From Acidobacteriota bacterium (GTDB lineage Bacteria > Acidobacteriota > Vicinamibacteria > Vicinamibacterales > CAVVIG01): a DNA stretch of 64,000 nt. Shown here piece by piece: positions 9,912-19,314 of this stretch. The notes under the pieces are model-generated. The model was given only the letters and a program-made list of their open reading frames with translations. It was not told the origin of the DNA and searched no databases. The stretch's first letter is position 1. Every line of letters starts with the position of its first letter. The stretch lies in the NCBI GenBank assembly GCA_040007095.1, contig JBDTVS010000058.1:15719-79718 (forward strand). Reading direction: 5' to 3'. The translations under genes were made by a program, and so were the position numbers.

Positions 9912-9916
9912 AGCTG

Positions 9917-10336
9917 GTGATTCTTCCAGACGTCAACGTCCTGCTGTACGCCTTCCGCCGCGACGCCGAGCGCCACGACGAGTATCGCGCATGGCTCGAG
10001 GACGTCGTCAACGGCGAGTCCGCCTATGGCATCTCCCCTCAAGTGTTGTCGTCGGTCGTTCGCATCGCCACACACCGTCGCGTGTACGTAAATCCCAGTA
10101 CAACGCCCGAGGCTCTCGCCTTCTGCGACGCGGTCCTCCGGCCGCAACACTGCACCGTCGTCCAGCCTCGCGACCGCCATTGGAGCATCTTCACGGAGCT
10201 CTGTCGTAAGTCTCGTGCGACGGGGAACCTGGTGCAGGATGCCTGGCTCGCCGCGTTGGCCATCGAGTCGGGGTGCGAGCTCTATTTCTTGGCTGGCGGC
10301 GCCTTGCTCTTCGGCGGCACGACCTGCACTTCGTAG
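9917..10336 (+). CDS. vapC: PIN-domain VapC-like toxin with an atypical, probably replaced, C-terminus
   Basis: GTG start. 'ILPDVNVLLYAFRRD' carries the first PIN acidic residue. '..NLVQDAWLAALAIESGCEL' matches the family. The usual '..T.D.DF..' ending is absent, and the last 18 codons overlap the convergent CusF-like gene. Confidence 0.7.
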   Translation: MILPDVNVLLYAFRRDAERHDEYRAWLEDVVNGESAYGISPQVLSSVVRIATHRRVYVNPSTTPEALAFCDAVLRPQHCTVVQPRDRHWSIFTELCRKSRATGNLVQDAWLAALAIESGCELYFLAGGALLFGGTTCTS

Positions 10337-10629
10337 AGCGTCTTGAAGTCGCCCTCGTACACCTTCGCCGTGATCTCGTCGCCCACTTTCACCGTGGTCA
10401 CAACGTCGTCCTTGTCGGCGGTGTAGGTCATCGTCATCGCCGACATCCAACCCTGCACATTCTCACCATTCACGGTGAGAGTCTTCGTTTTCGCGTCGAT
10501 CTTCTCGACCTTGCCGCGGAACGGGAATGATTTTCCCTTCGGCTGGGCATGCGCCACGCTCACCAGCAGGAGCACGCTCAGCGCCGCTCCAAGCCAAGCC
10601 GCCAATCGAGTACGCTGCGATCCGCTCAT
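10282..10629 (-). CDS. CusF-like periplasmic copper-binding protein
   Basis: 115 aa. Signal peptide (..LLLVSVAHA/QP) and a 'GKVEKID...LTVNGENVQGWMSAMTMTY' Met/Trp motif typical of the CusF family. Confidence 0.75.
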   Translation of the reverse strand: MSGSQRTRLAAWLGAALSVLLLVSVAHAQPKGKSFPFRGKVEKIDAKTKTLTVNGENVQGWMSAMTMTYTADKDDVVTTVKVGDEITAKVYEGDFKTLYEVQVVPPKSKAPPAKK

Positions 10630-10925
10630 TCGTTCCTCCCTATGTGGACGGTCGGTTGATCAAAGTGTAGCCACTTGCCATCAGCGATTGCCAGCCGACT
10701 CCGTTCCCGGCGCTCGCTCGTGGCCCGGGCACTCCAGAACGGGCAGCCGCGGGTATTTCGGGAAGCGGTCATCCGACAACGAGCGGTGGCAAAGGACGAA
10801 CATCGACCCGCGCGGCGTGACCACTTCCCTGGCCTGGGTGCAGACACCGCACAGCCCGATGCCGCGTGCCGAGATCGCCCGGCCCGTGCCCTCTCGGTCC
10901 ATCGGCCCAGTATACCTGGCCGAAA

Positions 10926-10997
10926 GCGCGGCGCTCGCAATGTTCGCTGGCGCGGCCTGCTTTCAGGCCATGTCGAGAGACGGCGAACTTCCGCGAG
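10926..10997 (+). repeat. F1 repeat family, truncated copy (right arm only)
   Basis: gcgcggcgctcgcaatgttcgc..gcggcctgctttcaggcc..cgaacttccgcgagg aligns with the right arm of the copy at 18831-19108. No left arm is present. Confidence 0.6.
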
Positions 10998-11135
10998 GCA
11001 TCGCGCGACGACAATCGATCCGGACTTATTGCCACGGCGGCTGCATCGCGGGCGGCGTGCAATCTTGTACAAGAAGGGAGGCAGAAGAAGTGTACTGTCA
11101 AGGAAGGGAACACGTTCGTTCAGTAAGGAGTCACT

Positions 11136-11735
11136 ATGCAGGTTGGCATGACCATCGCGTTCGCACTGACACTGGCAGCCGGGCAAGCGCCGGTGGATGT
11201 CCGTCAGATGTACGACTCGGGCCGATACCAGGACGTGGTGAAGGCAAACGAGCAGGCGACCGCGGACGACGACCGGACCTCCCGGCTGCGATTTCTGACG
11301 GCGCAAAGCTACGCCAAGTTGAACGACGGCGACGCAGCGCGGCGCACCTATCAGCGTCTGGCCGAGGGCGGGGCGAGCCCCTGGGCCTCGATCGGAAAAT
11401 CCGCCCTGCAGTTGATGGACAAGCAACTGGACCAGTCGCTCGAATCCGCCAACCAGGCGGTGCGCGCGGGCGACTCGCTGCCCGAGGCGCACTACCAGCG
11501 CGGGATCGTCCTGATGTCGAAAATGGAGTACGGCGAGGCGGCCAGCGCGTTCGCCAAGGCGACGCAACTCGACCCGACGTTCGCTGCCGCCAACTACTAC
11601 GGCGGCCTGGCCAACTACCGCGCGAAACGAATCGACCTGATGACGAACAACTTCGAGGCCTTCGTCAAGCTGGCACCCAACGCCCCCGAACGTCAGGAGG
11701 TCGAAGCGATTCTCCGAACGGTTCGTGGCAGGTAG
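11136..11735 (+). CDS. Secreted TPR-repeat protein
   Basis: 199 aa with a short signal-like N-terminus and repeated A/Y/L helical TPR-like units (..AHYQRGIVLMSKMEYGEAASAFAKATQLDPTFAAANYYGGLANY..). Confidence 0.7.
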   Translation: MQVGMTIAFALTLAAGQAPVDVRQMYDSGRYQDVVKANEQATADDDRTSRLRFLTAQSYAKLNDGDAARRTYQRLAEGGASPWASIGKSALQLMDKQLDQSLESANQAVRAGDSLPEAHYQRGIVLMSKMEYGEAASAFAKATQLDPTFAAANYYGGLANYRAKRIDLMTNNFEAFVKLAPNAPERQEVEAILRTVRGR

Positions 11736-11756
11736 TTCAGAAGAACAAGACGGTCA

Positions 11757-11857
11757 GTGAACTCGGAACTGTGAGATGCGAATTGTCTAAGAATCTCGCA
11801 GTCCTTCTGAGTTCTAACTTTTGAGTTTTGAGTTCGGCTGCGTTTTCCAGCAGCCGG
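11757..11857 (+). repeat. F2 repeat family copy a (AT-rich, hairpin plus T-rich tract)
   Basis: gtgaactcggaact..aagaatctcgcagtccttctgagttctaacttttgagttttgagttcggctgcgttttccagcagccgg is shared with 21153-21252 and 44289-44421. It lies between two convergent genes. Confidence 0.65.
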
Positions 11858-14800
11858 CTAAAACGACTGGCCGAGTGAGAAGAACCATTGGACGCGTGAT
11901 TCGCCCGGCTTCGGGCTGACGGGTGTCGCCACGTCCGCTCGGAGCAGCGCGAACGGGGTCTGCACCCGCAGGCCGAATCCGGCGCCAGCTCGCAGACTAC
12001 CGAAGCCGAGATCGCCAATGGTTGGAAACGCGTTCCCGGCATCGAAGAAACCGACGCCCCGGAATCGCCACGCAATCGGGAACCGCAGCTCCTGGTTGAG
12101 CACCAACAGCGCATTGCCGCCCGTGGGATCGCCGAACACGTCGACGGGTCCGAGCATATCGTCCTTGAATCCGCGCACGCTGTTGCCGCCCCCCGCGTAG
12201 AACCGCTCGCTGCGAATCAAATCCTGACCGTAACCGGCGCCGAGCCCCAGTCGCCCGGACGTGGCGAAGACCAGCCGGTGTCCCAGCGTTCGATAGTAGT
12301 TCTGCTGGAAGAAGTACTTGGCGAATCGCAGGTCGGAGCCAAGCGGGCCCGCGCCGTATTCGAACGTCGACGAGAGGAGCACGCCCCGCGTCGCATCCCC
12401 CAAATCGTTCCGCGTGTCGACGAGCGCGGTCGCCGTCAGCCGTGCGATGTTCACGGTGAGATCGAACGCGAACGGGTCGTCCGGATTCGCATCAGGATCG
12501 AAGGAGTGGTTGCGCTGGAAGTTGTAGCTGTAGGCCAGTTGCAGTTTGCGGCCGGCGCGAAACCGCTGCTCCGCGGTGAACTCCGCCTTGTCGGTGATGA
12601 ACGGCTGCGTGGTCTCGGCGCCGAACCGCTCGCGCGATCGCGCAAGAAAGAGATTCGACGTCAGCGGCAGACCAAAGAATGACGGTGTGGAGAAGAACGC
12701 CCGAGCCGCTTCGAAATCTTTGGTATAGCGCAGCGCGAGACCGGTAGTGGCGGCCCGGCCGAGCACATTGCGGTAGGTCGCGTCGGCAGCCACGCCTGGC
12801 CGCAGATCCCGGGTTTCACTCGCCGGCTGCCGTTGATCGTCAACCTCGAAGCCGTAGCGAACGCGGAGCGGGGGCCATTCGTCCACGGTCACGCGTGCCT
12901 GCATTGGCTGTTCGACGACCGCCGGAGCGTCAACCGCCGGAGCATCCGCCGGAGCGTCAACCGCCGGGGCATTCGCCGGAGCATCGACTGTTGGCGCGCC
13001 AGCCGCCGGCGCCGGTTCAAGCGGGACAGCCTGTATGTCGACCTGACGAAACACGCTGGTGTCGTACAACCGCTTGCGCGCCTGCGCCCACGCCAATCGA
13101 TCGACAGGCTGGCCGACATCGAGCTTGAGCTCGCGGCTGACCAGCTCCGGGTCGGTCCGCCGCACGCCCTCGGTCGAGACGGATCGCAGGACCTGGCGCG
13201 GCCCCTGGTCGATATTGACGGTCAGGGCCACGAGCCCCGTCGCACGAGTGGCCTGACTCGTCAAGGTGACGCGCACCGCATTGAACCCGTCGGCTCGATA
13301 GGCGCTGGTCAGCGCCTGCACCGCCGTGTCGGCGGTCGCGCGAGTCCAGGCCGCCCCCGGCTCGAGCCCAAACGCCTTCCGGTCGGCCTCCGGCGTGCGC
13401 GCGCGAGCGCCCGCGACAGCAACGCTTTCGAGGTGGAAGAGCGGGCCCTCGGCAATCGTGATCGGCAGTGTCGCCGCGGCGCCATCGATCTCGGGCGCAC
13501 CAATCGTCACCGCCGCATCGAGATTCCCCTCGTTGCGATACATCGTCGTGATCGACCGCACCAGCGCCGCAGGATCGATCCAGGGCGAGGCGCCCGCGGC
13601 CGCCAACTCCTCGAGCCTGGCGCTGCTGACGCGCTCGTGGCCACTGAAGCGAAGGGTCTGGCGCGTAAAGCGGGGGCCAGGTTCGACGCGGACCACCAGA
13701 TGTTTTTCGTCGCCCGCCTTCAGCTCGATCGCGGTCGTCGCCGTCGCGAGGAGATAGCGGTCGCGAATCATCGCCGCGCGCGCCGCGTTCCTGGCTTCGT
13801 CGAGCAGAAAGCCGTCGAAGACCGCCTGGGACCAGAGACGCTCCAGTTCGCGACGAAGACTCCGGTCGTTGGCGATGCCCGAGATATCGACGAGGGTCCG
13901 GGGACCCCGATCGATGTCGTAGGTCAGATCGACCGCTGCGGCGGCCGCGGCCTCCGAGCCGGAACGGTGCGCCGAAGCGCGCGCCTCGAAATAGCCGTCC
14001 CCACGGAGCCTGGCCTCGAGCCGATCGCGATCCTGCTGCCAACGGAAGAAGTCGAACGCCTTGCCTGCGGTCAGCCGCAACTGGCGCGTGAGCTCGTCCT
14101 CGGGAAGGCCGGGCGTGCCCGTGAACCGCACCGAGGCAATCCGCGCGACGGGGCGGGAAACCGGCGGCGGACCCGTTGTGGCGCCGCCGATCGTCACATC
14201 GTGACGGAAGTCGTAGATGCGACTCTCGTTGTCCACCGAGACGAAGCGAAGCTCGATGCTCGCCTTCGGCCGATAGCCGACGATCCACGTGAGCTTGCCG
14301 CTGTCCTTGAGGCTTTGCGAGAACACCACCTCCACGTTTCGTGTGACCTGCTTGCCGAACGTGAGGCGTGAGGCCGGATCCGTCTCGCTCGCGACCAGCC
14401 CGGCGTCGAACCGGACGTCCTGGCCTCGTTCGATTCGCAGCGCATCGAGACCGAGCGCGCGGCCCGTGACGCCCAGCACTTCGCCGGAAAGATAGCCGAT
14501 CACCTGATCGCTGCCGACCGCCAGTGCGCTGGCGTTCTCTTTCTGTCCGGTGACCAGCAGCGACACGATTTCGCCCTGACTGAGGGGCGGCTCGGAGGTG
14601 AGGGTCGTTTCAAGCGTTGCGGGGGTACCCTTCAGCGCCATCGTGACGTCAACGCCCGCAATTCGCGTCAAGGCGGTGAGCGTAAGGTCGGGCTCGATTC
14701 GCGTGGGGTTGGAAAAATCGACCACGCCCGCGCCGACGATCTGGTAGACGTTGCCGCCAAGAAAAATGCGGCCGCCTTCACGGACTTCGGCCCGGCCGAG

Positions 14801-17800
14801 CAAGGTTGGCGCCGTCAGCGTGCCCCCGATCCGCACGTCCGCCGCCAGCGCCATCTTGGCGTAGTTGTTGTCCACGACGATGTCCTCGGACGTGGTGAGG
14901 CGGATGTCGAGCGTCAGCATGTCGGCAGCCGACGGAGCATCGAGCTGAACGCCGGCGGGCGACAACTGCAACGCCTGCAGAAGGCCCGAAGCCAGCGAGA
15001 TCGGCTCGCGATACGAACCGCCGAGCACGGACGCATCGCCCGAGAGCGAGAATGCGCCACGGTCCACGGCCAGGCTCAGTTCAAAATCCGCCTCGGTCTT
15101 GAGCGCTTCCGGGATCGCCAGCGCGAGACTGCGACCGCTAATCGCCAACCGCCCGCTCGTGAGCCGCAGACCCGCATGTTTCAGCGTGCCGGCGACCGAG
15201 ACCGTCCCACCGTTGGCCTGGCCCTCGACGCCGGACACCTTGAGCTCGTCCCGGGACAACACGAGACTGCCGGTGAGGTCGGTAATCGCGAGACGGGGCG
15301 ACGCGTTGCGCCATTCGACGGCTTGCAGATCGATGCGGCCGTCGAGCTGCGGATCAGCGATGGCGCCCGACGCGCGGGCGCTGACGACCGCTCGGCCTTG
15401 CGTGGCGACGCCGGGGAGAAACGCGCCAAGCGCGCGCAGATCGATGGTCCCATCGGCTGACACGTCCAGTGTGGGAGGGCCGTCGAACTGGCCGTCGAAC
15501 TGGACGCCGCCGCTCAACGAAAACCGATTGCCGGCGCCGCCCCAGTTCCACTCGACAATCTCGGCACGCCCGTTCGCCACGTCGACTCGCGTGGGCTGCT
15601 GCTGCTCAAACGGCACGCCGGCCACTCCCAGCGCGACATGATCCAGGACGAGTTGTCCGTGGACGGACGACAGCACCGGGCGATCCGCGTCGAGCGTCAA
15701 GGTGCCCGACACGAGGCCCGTTACCTGCGACAGTGTGTCAGCCGGCACGAACGGGGCCAGCACGGCCGGTGTGATCGAGTCGATCCGCGCCCTCAAGCGT
15801 CCGACTGTTTGCTGTGCCGCTGGCGCGCCCGTGAGCCAGCCTGGAACCTGCGGCGCGACGAGCGCGATCGGCACGTCGCCGGTGGCCGAAACGGTGGCGC
15901 CCTGCCAGGCCGCATCGAGACGGGAGACGGAAACGACGCCGGCGTCGTATGCCGCGCGCAGGTTCAGCGACATCGCCTCTGACCTACCGTCGATCACCAC
16001 CCGGCCTTCGTCCAGGCTCGCGACGGCGCTGAGTGCGGGACGATCGAGCGAGCCCGGTGCGCGCACGTCGACATGCACGGGCCCGGCGAGCTGCACGCGA
16101 CCGATCGAGCTCCCGGCTGGAAGAAAAGCCGACGCCACCTGCTCGAGATCGCGAGCGTCGCCATCGAGCGACACGGCGAGCGTGCCCGGCCGGTCGGCCC
16201 CGAGCTCTCCGGCGGCGTGCAGCTCACTGCCGCCAACGTTGAGGGTGAGTTCCGTGATACCGAGCGTCTTGCCGTCGTAGCTCGCCTGCCCGGGCCGCGT
16301 CGCACGCACGGGCACGTCGCCGACCGCCCCATCCAGGCGTTGAAGATCCAGGGTGGTGCGCAGGTGGGCGAGATCCTGTTGGCTGCCTTGCGCGTGCACC
16401 GTGAACGAAGCGGTGCCGGTCACGGGTGCATCCAAGGCGATGCGCATTCGCGATGCCAGGGACGCCAGGTCCGCGTCTTTCGTCTGGGTCTCAATCGCCA
16501 GGCTACCGCCGGCGTCAAGGCCCACGTTGGCAGTGCCGGTTGTAAAGAGATCGGCGAGATCGAAGCCGGCGTCCAGCCGATGATCCTTCAGGGCGAGGCG
16601 CGCTGTGACGCGGCCCAGGTCGCGATCGAGGACGTGCGTTTCGTCGAGCGCCAACTCGCCGGTGCCCTCGGGATCCTCGATGGTGCCCCGCGCGCGCCAC
16701 TCGCCGCTCAGCCTCGCGGTGATCGGCGCGAGGATCTCGTCAGGCCGGGCGCCAGGAACGGGAACGACCGTAAAATGGTCGGCCGACAAGAGCGCCGCGA
16801 GCTGGCCCGTGCGCAGGTCGTAGTCTCCGTTGCCTGTCAGAGTGCCACCGGCTTGCGTCAACCGCAGCGATTGAATGCGCGCCATCTGCGGGGTGAGCGT
16901 GAATGAGGCTTCGAGGCGATCGGCCGATTGTCCCGCGATCGACATCGCGTCGCCGACGAGCCGGCCATCCAGGGCGGGAACCTTTGCGGTGCCGGACACC
17001 GTGGCGGAGAGCGTGAGCCCGCCCGATGGCCGCAGAACCGCCGGGACAATGCCGTTCAACTGACCGAGCTCGGGCAGCTCGGCTTCGACCTGGCCGGCGA
17101 TCGTCGGGTTCTCGATGCGGCCCGAGAGCGTCAGTTCGGCGCGGCCGCCGCCGCTCACGCTCGGCGGGGACGAAGTGGTGGCGAGACCGACATCGTGCAG
17201 CGTCTGCCAGATCTCGGGCCACGAGTCCGCAGTCGCGACGAGGTTCGCGTCGATCGTCGATGCGGACGTCGATGCGGACGTCGATGCGGACGTCGATACG
17301 GACGGCGACGCCGGTGTCAGCCGCCCGGCCGCGTACCCTTCGAGGTGCACCGCATCTTCGAGCCAGTGGTCGAACGAGGCTTGCCACTCTCCCTCGCTCA
17401 GCTCGGCGTTCGCCGTGCCGTTCACGCCAAGCACGCGTACGTCGCCGGAGTTCGATCGGGTCGTCGATCGGGTCGTAGCCTCGATTTCTCCCGAAAGTCC
17501 GTCGATCGTCCACGCGGTCCACGTCGCCGTGGCTTGGCCATCAAGCAGCGCGTTCACCTTCACCGGCGTCTTCGTATCGAGCGCCTTGAGGAGGCTGGTG
17601 ACGTCCATGTCACGCCACTCGACGCGGGCTCGAGCCAGCTCCGTTCCCGGGGACGAAGAGGACAGCGAGACACGGCCACTCCCGGTCGCCGTGCCACCGA
17701 GCAAGCGAAGGTTGATGGATCCGAGCTCGACGGCGGTCCGGTCGATCTGTGCGGACGCGTCAGCGGCGACATTCGTCAAGCCCTGCCAAGCGAGGTCCTG

Positions 17801-18685
17801 CGATCCAACAGTCAGATCGGCGCGCGGTTCGTTGAGGCTGCCGGTGGCGTGTGCCTTGAAGGTCAGGTGACCGGATGGATTCGGGCCAGGCCCCAACCAG
17901 GCCGCGAGGCGGTTGAGATCCACGCTGCCGTTGGCGTCGATCGCCATCGGCAATCCCACGGAGAGCACGCCGACGGAACCTGCGGCCGTCACCGTGGCTT
18001 CGGGCGTGGACAGCTGCAACGAATCGGTCGACAGCGACGAACCGTTCCACCCGATTCGGGCAGTGAGCGCGAGCTCCGTCGTGCGGCCGCGAGCCCGAAG
18101 CGTGGCCGGACGACCGAGGGTCAGCGTGCCGGTCGCACCTCGCGCGGTCGGGAGCAAGTTGAGCGACAGGCGATCTGCCTCGCCACTCATCCCAAGCACT
18201 TCGTCCTGCCAGACGATGGACACGTTCGAGAGCGCCAGGGCACCAATCGGAAATGGCGAGGGACGCTCTGTGCCGCTCGCCGGCTTCGACTCGGGAAGGT
18301 TGGTCGAGCCATCCTGCCGCCGCAGAATGGCGATGCGGATACCGTCGCCGGACAGCGAGGAGACGCCCAGGCGGCCGCGAAGAATCGACCGCGGCAACGT
18401 CACGTCGAGCCGCGCGGCCTCGAGGAATGGATGCTGCGTATCCGTGGTCGCCGACGCCACCAACTGCTCGACGTGGACGCTCAGCGTCGCGAGGTTGTAC
18501 GAGAGGGCGGCCGTCCGTATCGTGATCCCGCGCGCCAGCAATTGCGACGCCGCCCATTGACCGACGCGGGCCTGGACCCACGGAAGGTGCGCGCCCAGCA
18601 CGATGGCTGCGAGGCACAGGCCCACTACGAGGCCTGCCAGGCCAACCCAGAGCGCGATTGATCGAAGCCTGTGGCGAGACGTCAT
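11858..18685 (-). CDS. Fusion of a TamB/AsmA-like translocation-assembly protein (N-terminal ~1500 aa) to a POTRA plus Omp85/TamA-BamA-like beta-barrel (C-terminal ~760 aa)
   Basis: Uninterrupted 2275-aa ORF. N-terminal signal-anchor, then long beta-rich repeats. DUF490-like end (..LSQGEIVSLLVTGQ...LTFGKQVTRNVEVVFSQSL...WIVGYRP..). POTRA-like units follow (..IASVRFTGTPGLPEDELTRQL..). Omp85 barrel ending in ..VQWFFSLGQSF. Confidence 0.85.
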   Translation of the reverse strand: MTSRHRLRSIALWVGLAGLVVGLCLAAIVLGAHLPWVQARVGQWAASQLLARGITIRTAALSYNLATLSVHVEQLVASATTDTQHPFLEAARLDVTLPRSILRGRLGVSSLSGDGIRIAILRRQDGSTNLPESKPASGTERPSPFPIGALALSNVSIVWQDEVLGMSGEADRLSLNLLPTARGATGTLTLGRPATLRARGRTTELALTARIGWNGSSLSTDSLQLSTPEATVTAAGSVGVLSVGLPMAIDANGSVDLNRLAAWLGPGPNPSGHLTFKAHATGSLNEPRADLTVGSQDLAWQGLTNVAADASAQIDRTAVELGSINLRLLGGTATGSGRVSLSSSSPGTELARARVEWRDMDVTSLLKALDTKTPVKVNALLDGQATATWTAWTIDGLSGEIEATTRSTTRSNSGDVRVLGVNGTANAELSEGEWQASFDHWLEDAVHLEGYAAGRLTPASPSVSTSASTSASTSASTIDANLVATADSWPEIWQTLHDVGLATTSSPPSVSGGGRAELTLSGRIENPTIAGQVEAELPELGQLNGIVPAVLRPSGGLTLSATVSGTAKVPALDGRLVGDAMSIAGQSADRLEASFTLTPQMARIQSLRLTQAGGTLTGNGDYDLRTGQLAALLSADHFTVVPVPGARPDEILAPITARLSGEWRARGTIEDPEGTGELALDETHVLDRDLGRVTARLALKDHRLDAGFDLADLFTTGTANVGLDAGGSLAIETQTKDADLASLASRMRIALDAPVTGTASFTVHAQGSQQDLAHLRTTLDLQRLDGAVGDVPVRATRPGQASYDGKTLGITELTLNVGGSELHAAGELGADRPGTLAVSLDGDARDLEQVASAFLPAGSSIGRVQLAGPVHVDVRAPGSLDRPALSAVASLDEGRVVIDGRSEAMSLNLRAAYDAGVVSVSRLDAAWQGATVSATGDVPIALVAPQVPGWLTGAPAAQQTVGRLRARIDSITPAVLAPFVPADTLSQVTGLVSGTLTLDADRPVLSSVHGQLVLDHVALGVAGVPFEQQQPTRVDVANGRAEIVEWNWGGAGNRFSLSGGVQFDGQFDGPPTLDVSADGTIDLRALGAFLPGVATQGRAVVSARASGAIADPQLDGRIDLQAVEWRNASPRLAITDLTGSLVLSRDELKVSGVEGQANGGTVSVAGTLKHAGLRLTSGRLAISGRSLALAIPEALKTEADFELSLAVDRGAFSLSGDASVLGGSYREPISLASGLLQALQLSPAGVQLDAPSAADMLTLDIRLTTSEDIVVDNNYAKMALAADVRIGGTLTAPTLLGRAEVREGGRIFLGGNVYQIVGAGVVDFSNPTRIEPDLTLTALTRIAGVDVTMALKGTPATLETTLTSEPPLSQGEIVSLLVTGQKENASALAVGSDQVIGYLSGEVLGVTGRALGLDALRIERGQDVRFDAGLVASETDPASRLTFGKQVTRNVEVVFSQSLKDSGKLTWIVGYRPKASIELRFVSVDNESRIYDFRHDVTIGGATTGPPPVSRPVARIASVRFTGTPGLPEDELTRQLRLTAGKAFDFFRWQQDRDRLEARLRGDGYFEARASAHRSGSEAAAAAAVDLTYDIDRGPRTLVDISGIANDRSLRRELERLWSQAVFDGFLLDEARNAARAAMIRDRYLLATATTAIELKAGDEKHLVVRVEPGPRFTRQTLRFSGHERVSSARLEELAAAGASPWIDPAALVRSITTMYRNEGNLDAAVTIGAPEIDGAAATLPITIAEGPLFHLESVAVAGARARTPEADRKAFGLEPGAAWTRATADTAVQALTSAYRADGFNAVRVTLTSQATRATGLVALTVNIDQGPRQVLRSVSTEGVRRTDPELVSRELKLDVGQPVDRLAWAQARKRLYDTSVFRQVDIQAVPLEPAPAAGAPTVDAPANAPAVDAPADAPAVDAPAVVEQPMQARVTVDEWPPLRVRYGFEVDDQRQPASETRDLRPGVAADATYRNVLGRAATTGLALRYTKDFEAARAFFSTPSFFGLPLTSNLFLARSRERFGAETTQPFITDKAEFTAEQRFRAGRKLQLAYSYNFQRNHSFDPDANPDDPFAFDLTVNIARLTATALVDTRNDLGDATRGVLLSSTFEYGAGPLGSDLRFAKYFFQQNYYRTLGHRLVFATSGRLGLGAGYGQDLIRSERFYAGGGNSVRGFKDDMLGPVDVFGDPTGGNALLVLNQELRFPIAWRFRGVGFFDAGNAFPTIGDLGFGSLRAGAGFGLRVQTPFALLRADVATPVSPKPGESRVQWFFSLGQSF
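12917..12987. repeat. In-frame coding tandem repeat (VDAPA(N/D)APA units) inside the Omp85-like part
   Basis: ccgccggagcgtcaac/cgccggagcatc units are reiterated. They translate on the minus strand to APANAPAVDAPADAPAVDAPAV. Confidence 0.7.
17256..17303. repeat. In-frame 12-bp tandem repeat x4 (STSA units) inside the TamB-like part
   Basis: gtcgatgcggac x3 plus gtcgatacggac. It translates on the minus strand to STSASTSASTSAST. Confidence 0.8.
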
Positions 18686-18830
18686 CGATAGCTGCGCTCA
18701 TCCGATCCTACCCGCGTTCCTTCAGTGGGCCGCCTGGTGATTGTGAGGGGCAGAATGTAACCACGGAAACACGAAGACTCGGAAACAGCGTGCGCTGTCT
18801 TGCTGGACGTAGGTCCGGCGCAGCGTATCG

Positions 18831-19108
18831 ATGCCGTTCGGAAATTCCACTACGGTTTTCGGCCTGAAACCAGGCCGCTCTGCGAACAGCTCGACGCCGG
18901 GGCCCCCGGCGCGGCAGCCGCGCTGGGGTGGGGCGCCGCGGGAACCCGCCGCTTCAGGACTTGTCGGTGGTATGCGGCAGGTCCGCGACCTGCCGCGGAT
19001 CCTGGCCTTGCGCGGCGGTTTCCCGTCTGTCGCGCGAGACGCGGCGCTCGCACCGTTCGCTTCGCGGCCTGCTTTCAGGCCGTCTCGAGAGACCGCGAAT
19101 TTCCGAGA
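18831..19108 (+). repeat. F1 repeat family, full copy A (long imperfect hairpin, variant subfamily)
   Basis: Termini atgccgttcggaaattc ... gaatttccgaga are inverted. The conserved core gcgaacagctcgacgcc / ggtttcccgtctgtcgcgcgag / gcggcgctcgcaccgttcgc is shared with copies B and C. It lies 145 bp upstream of the TamB-fusion gene start. Confidence 0.7.
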
Positions 19109-19314
19109 ATCGAGTCGTCATGCGCCGGGGCGCACCCCCCATAGCGTGAAAACGTGATCGCACACGAACGGAGTAGTGTCCGGCTTCAGCCGGACCCGGA
19201 CGTTTGCACCGTCATTTTCTGAACAGCCACACCGAATGCACCGAGGTAGAAATTTGGATTTTCCGGTGTTCTCGGTGATCTCCGTGGTTGACCTTGAAAC
19301 TTGTCGGGGTCAGG

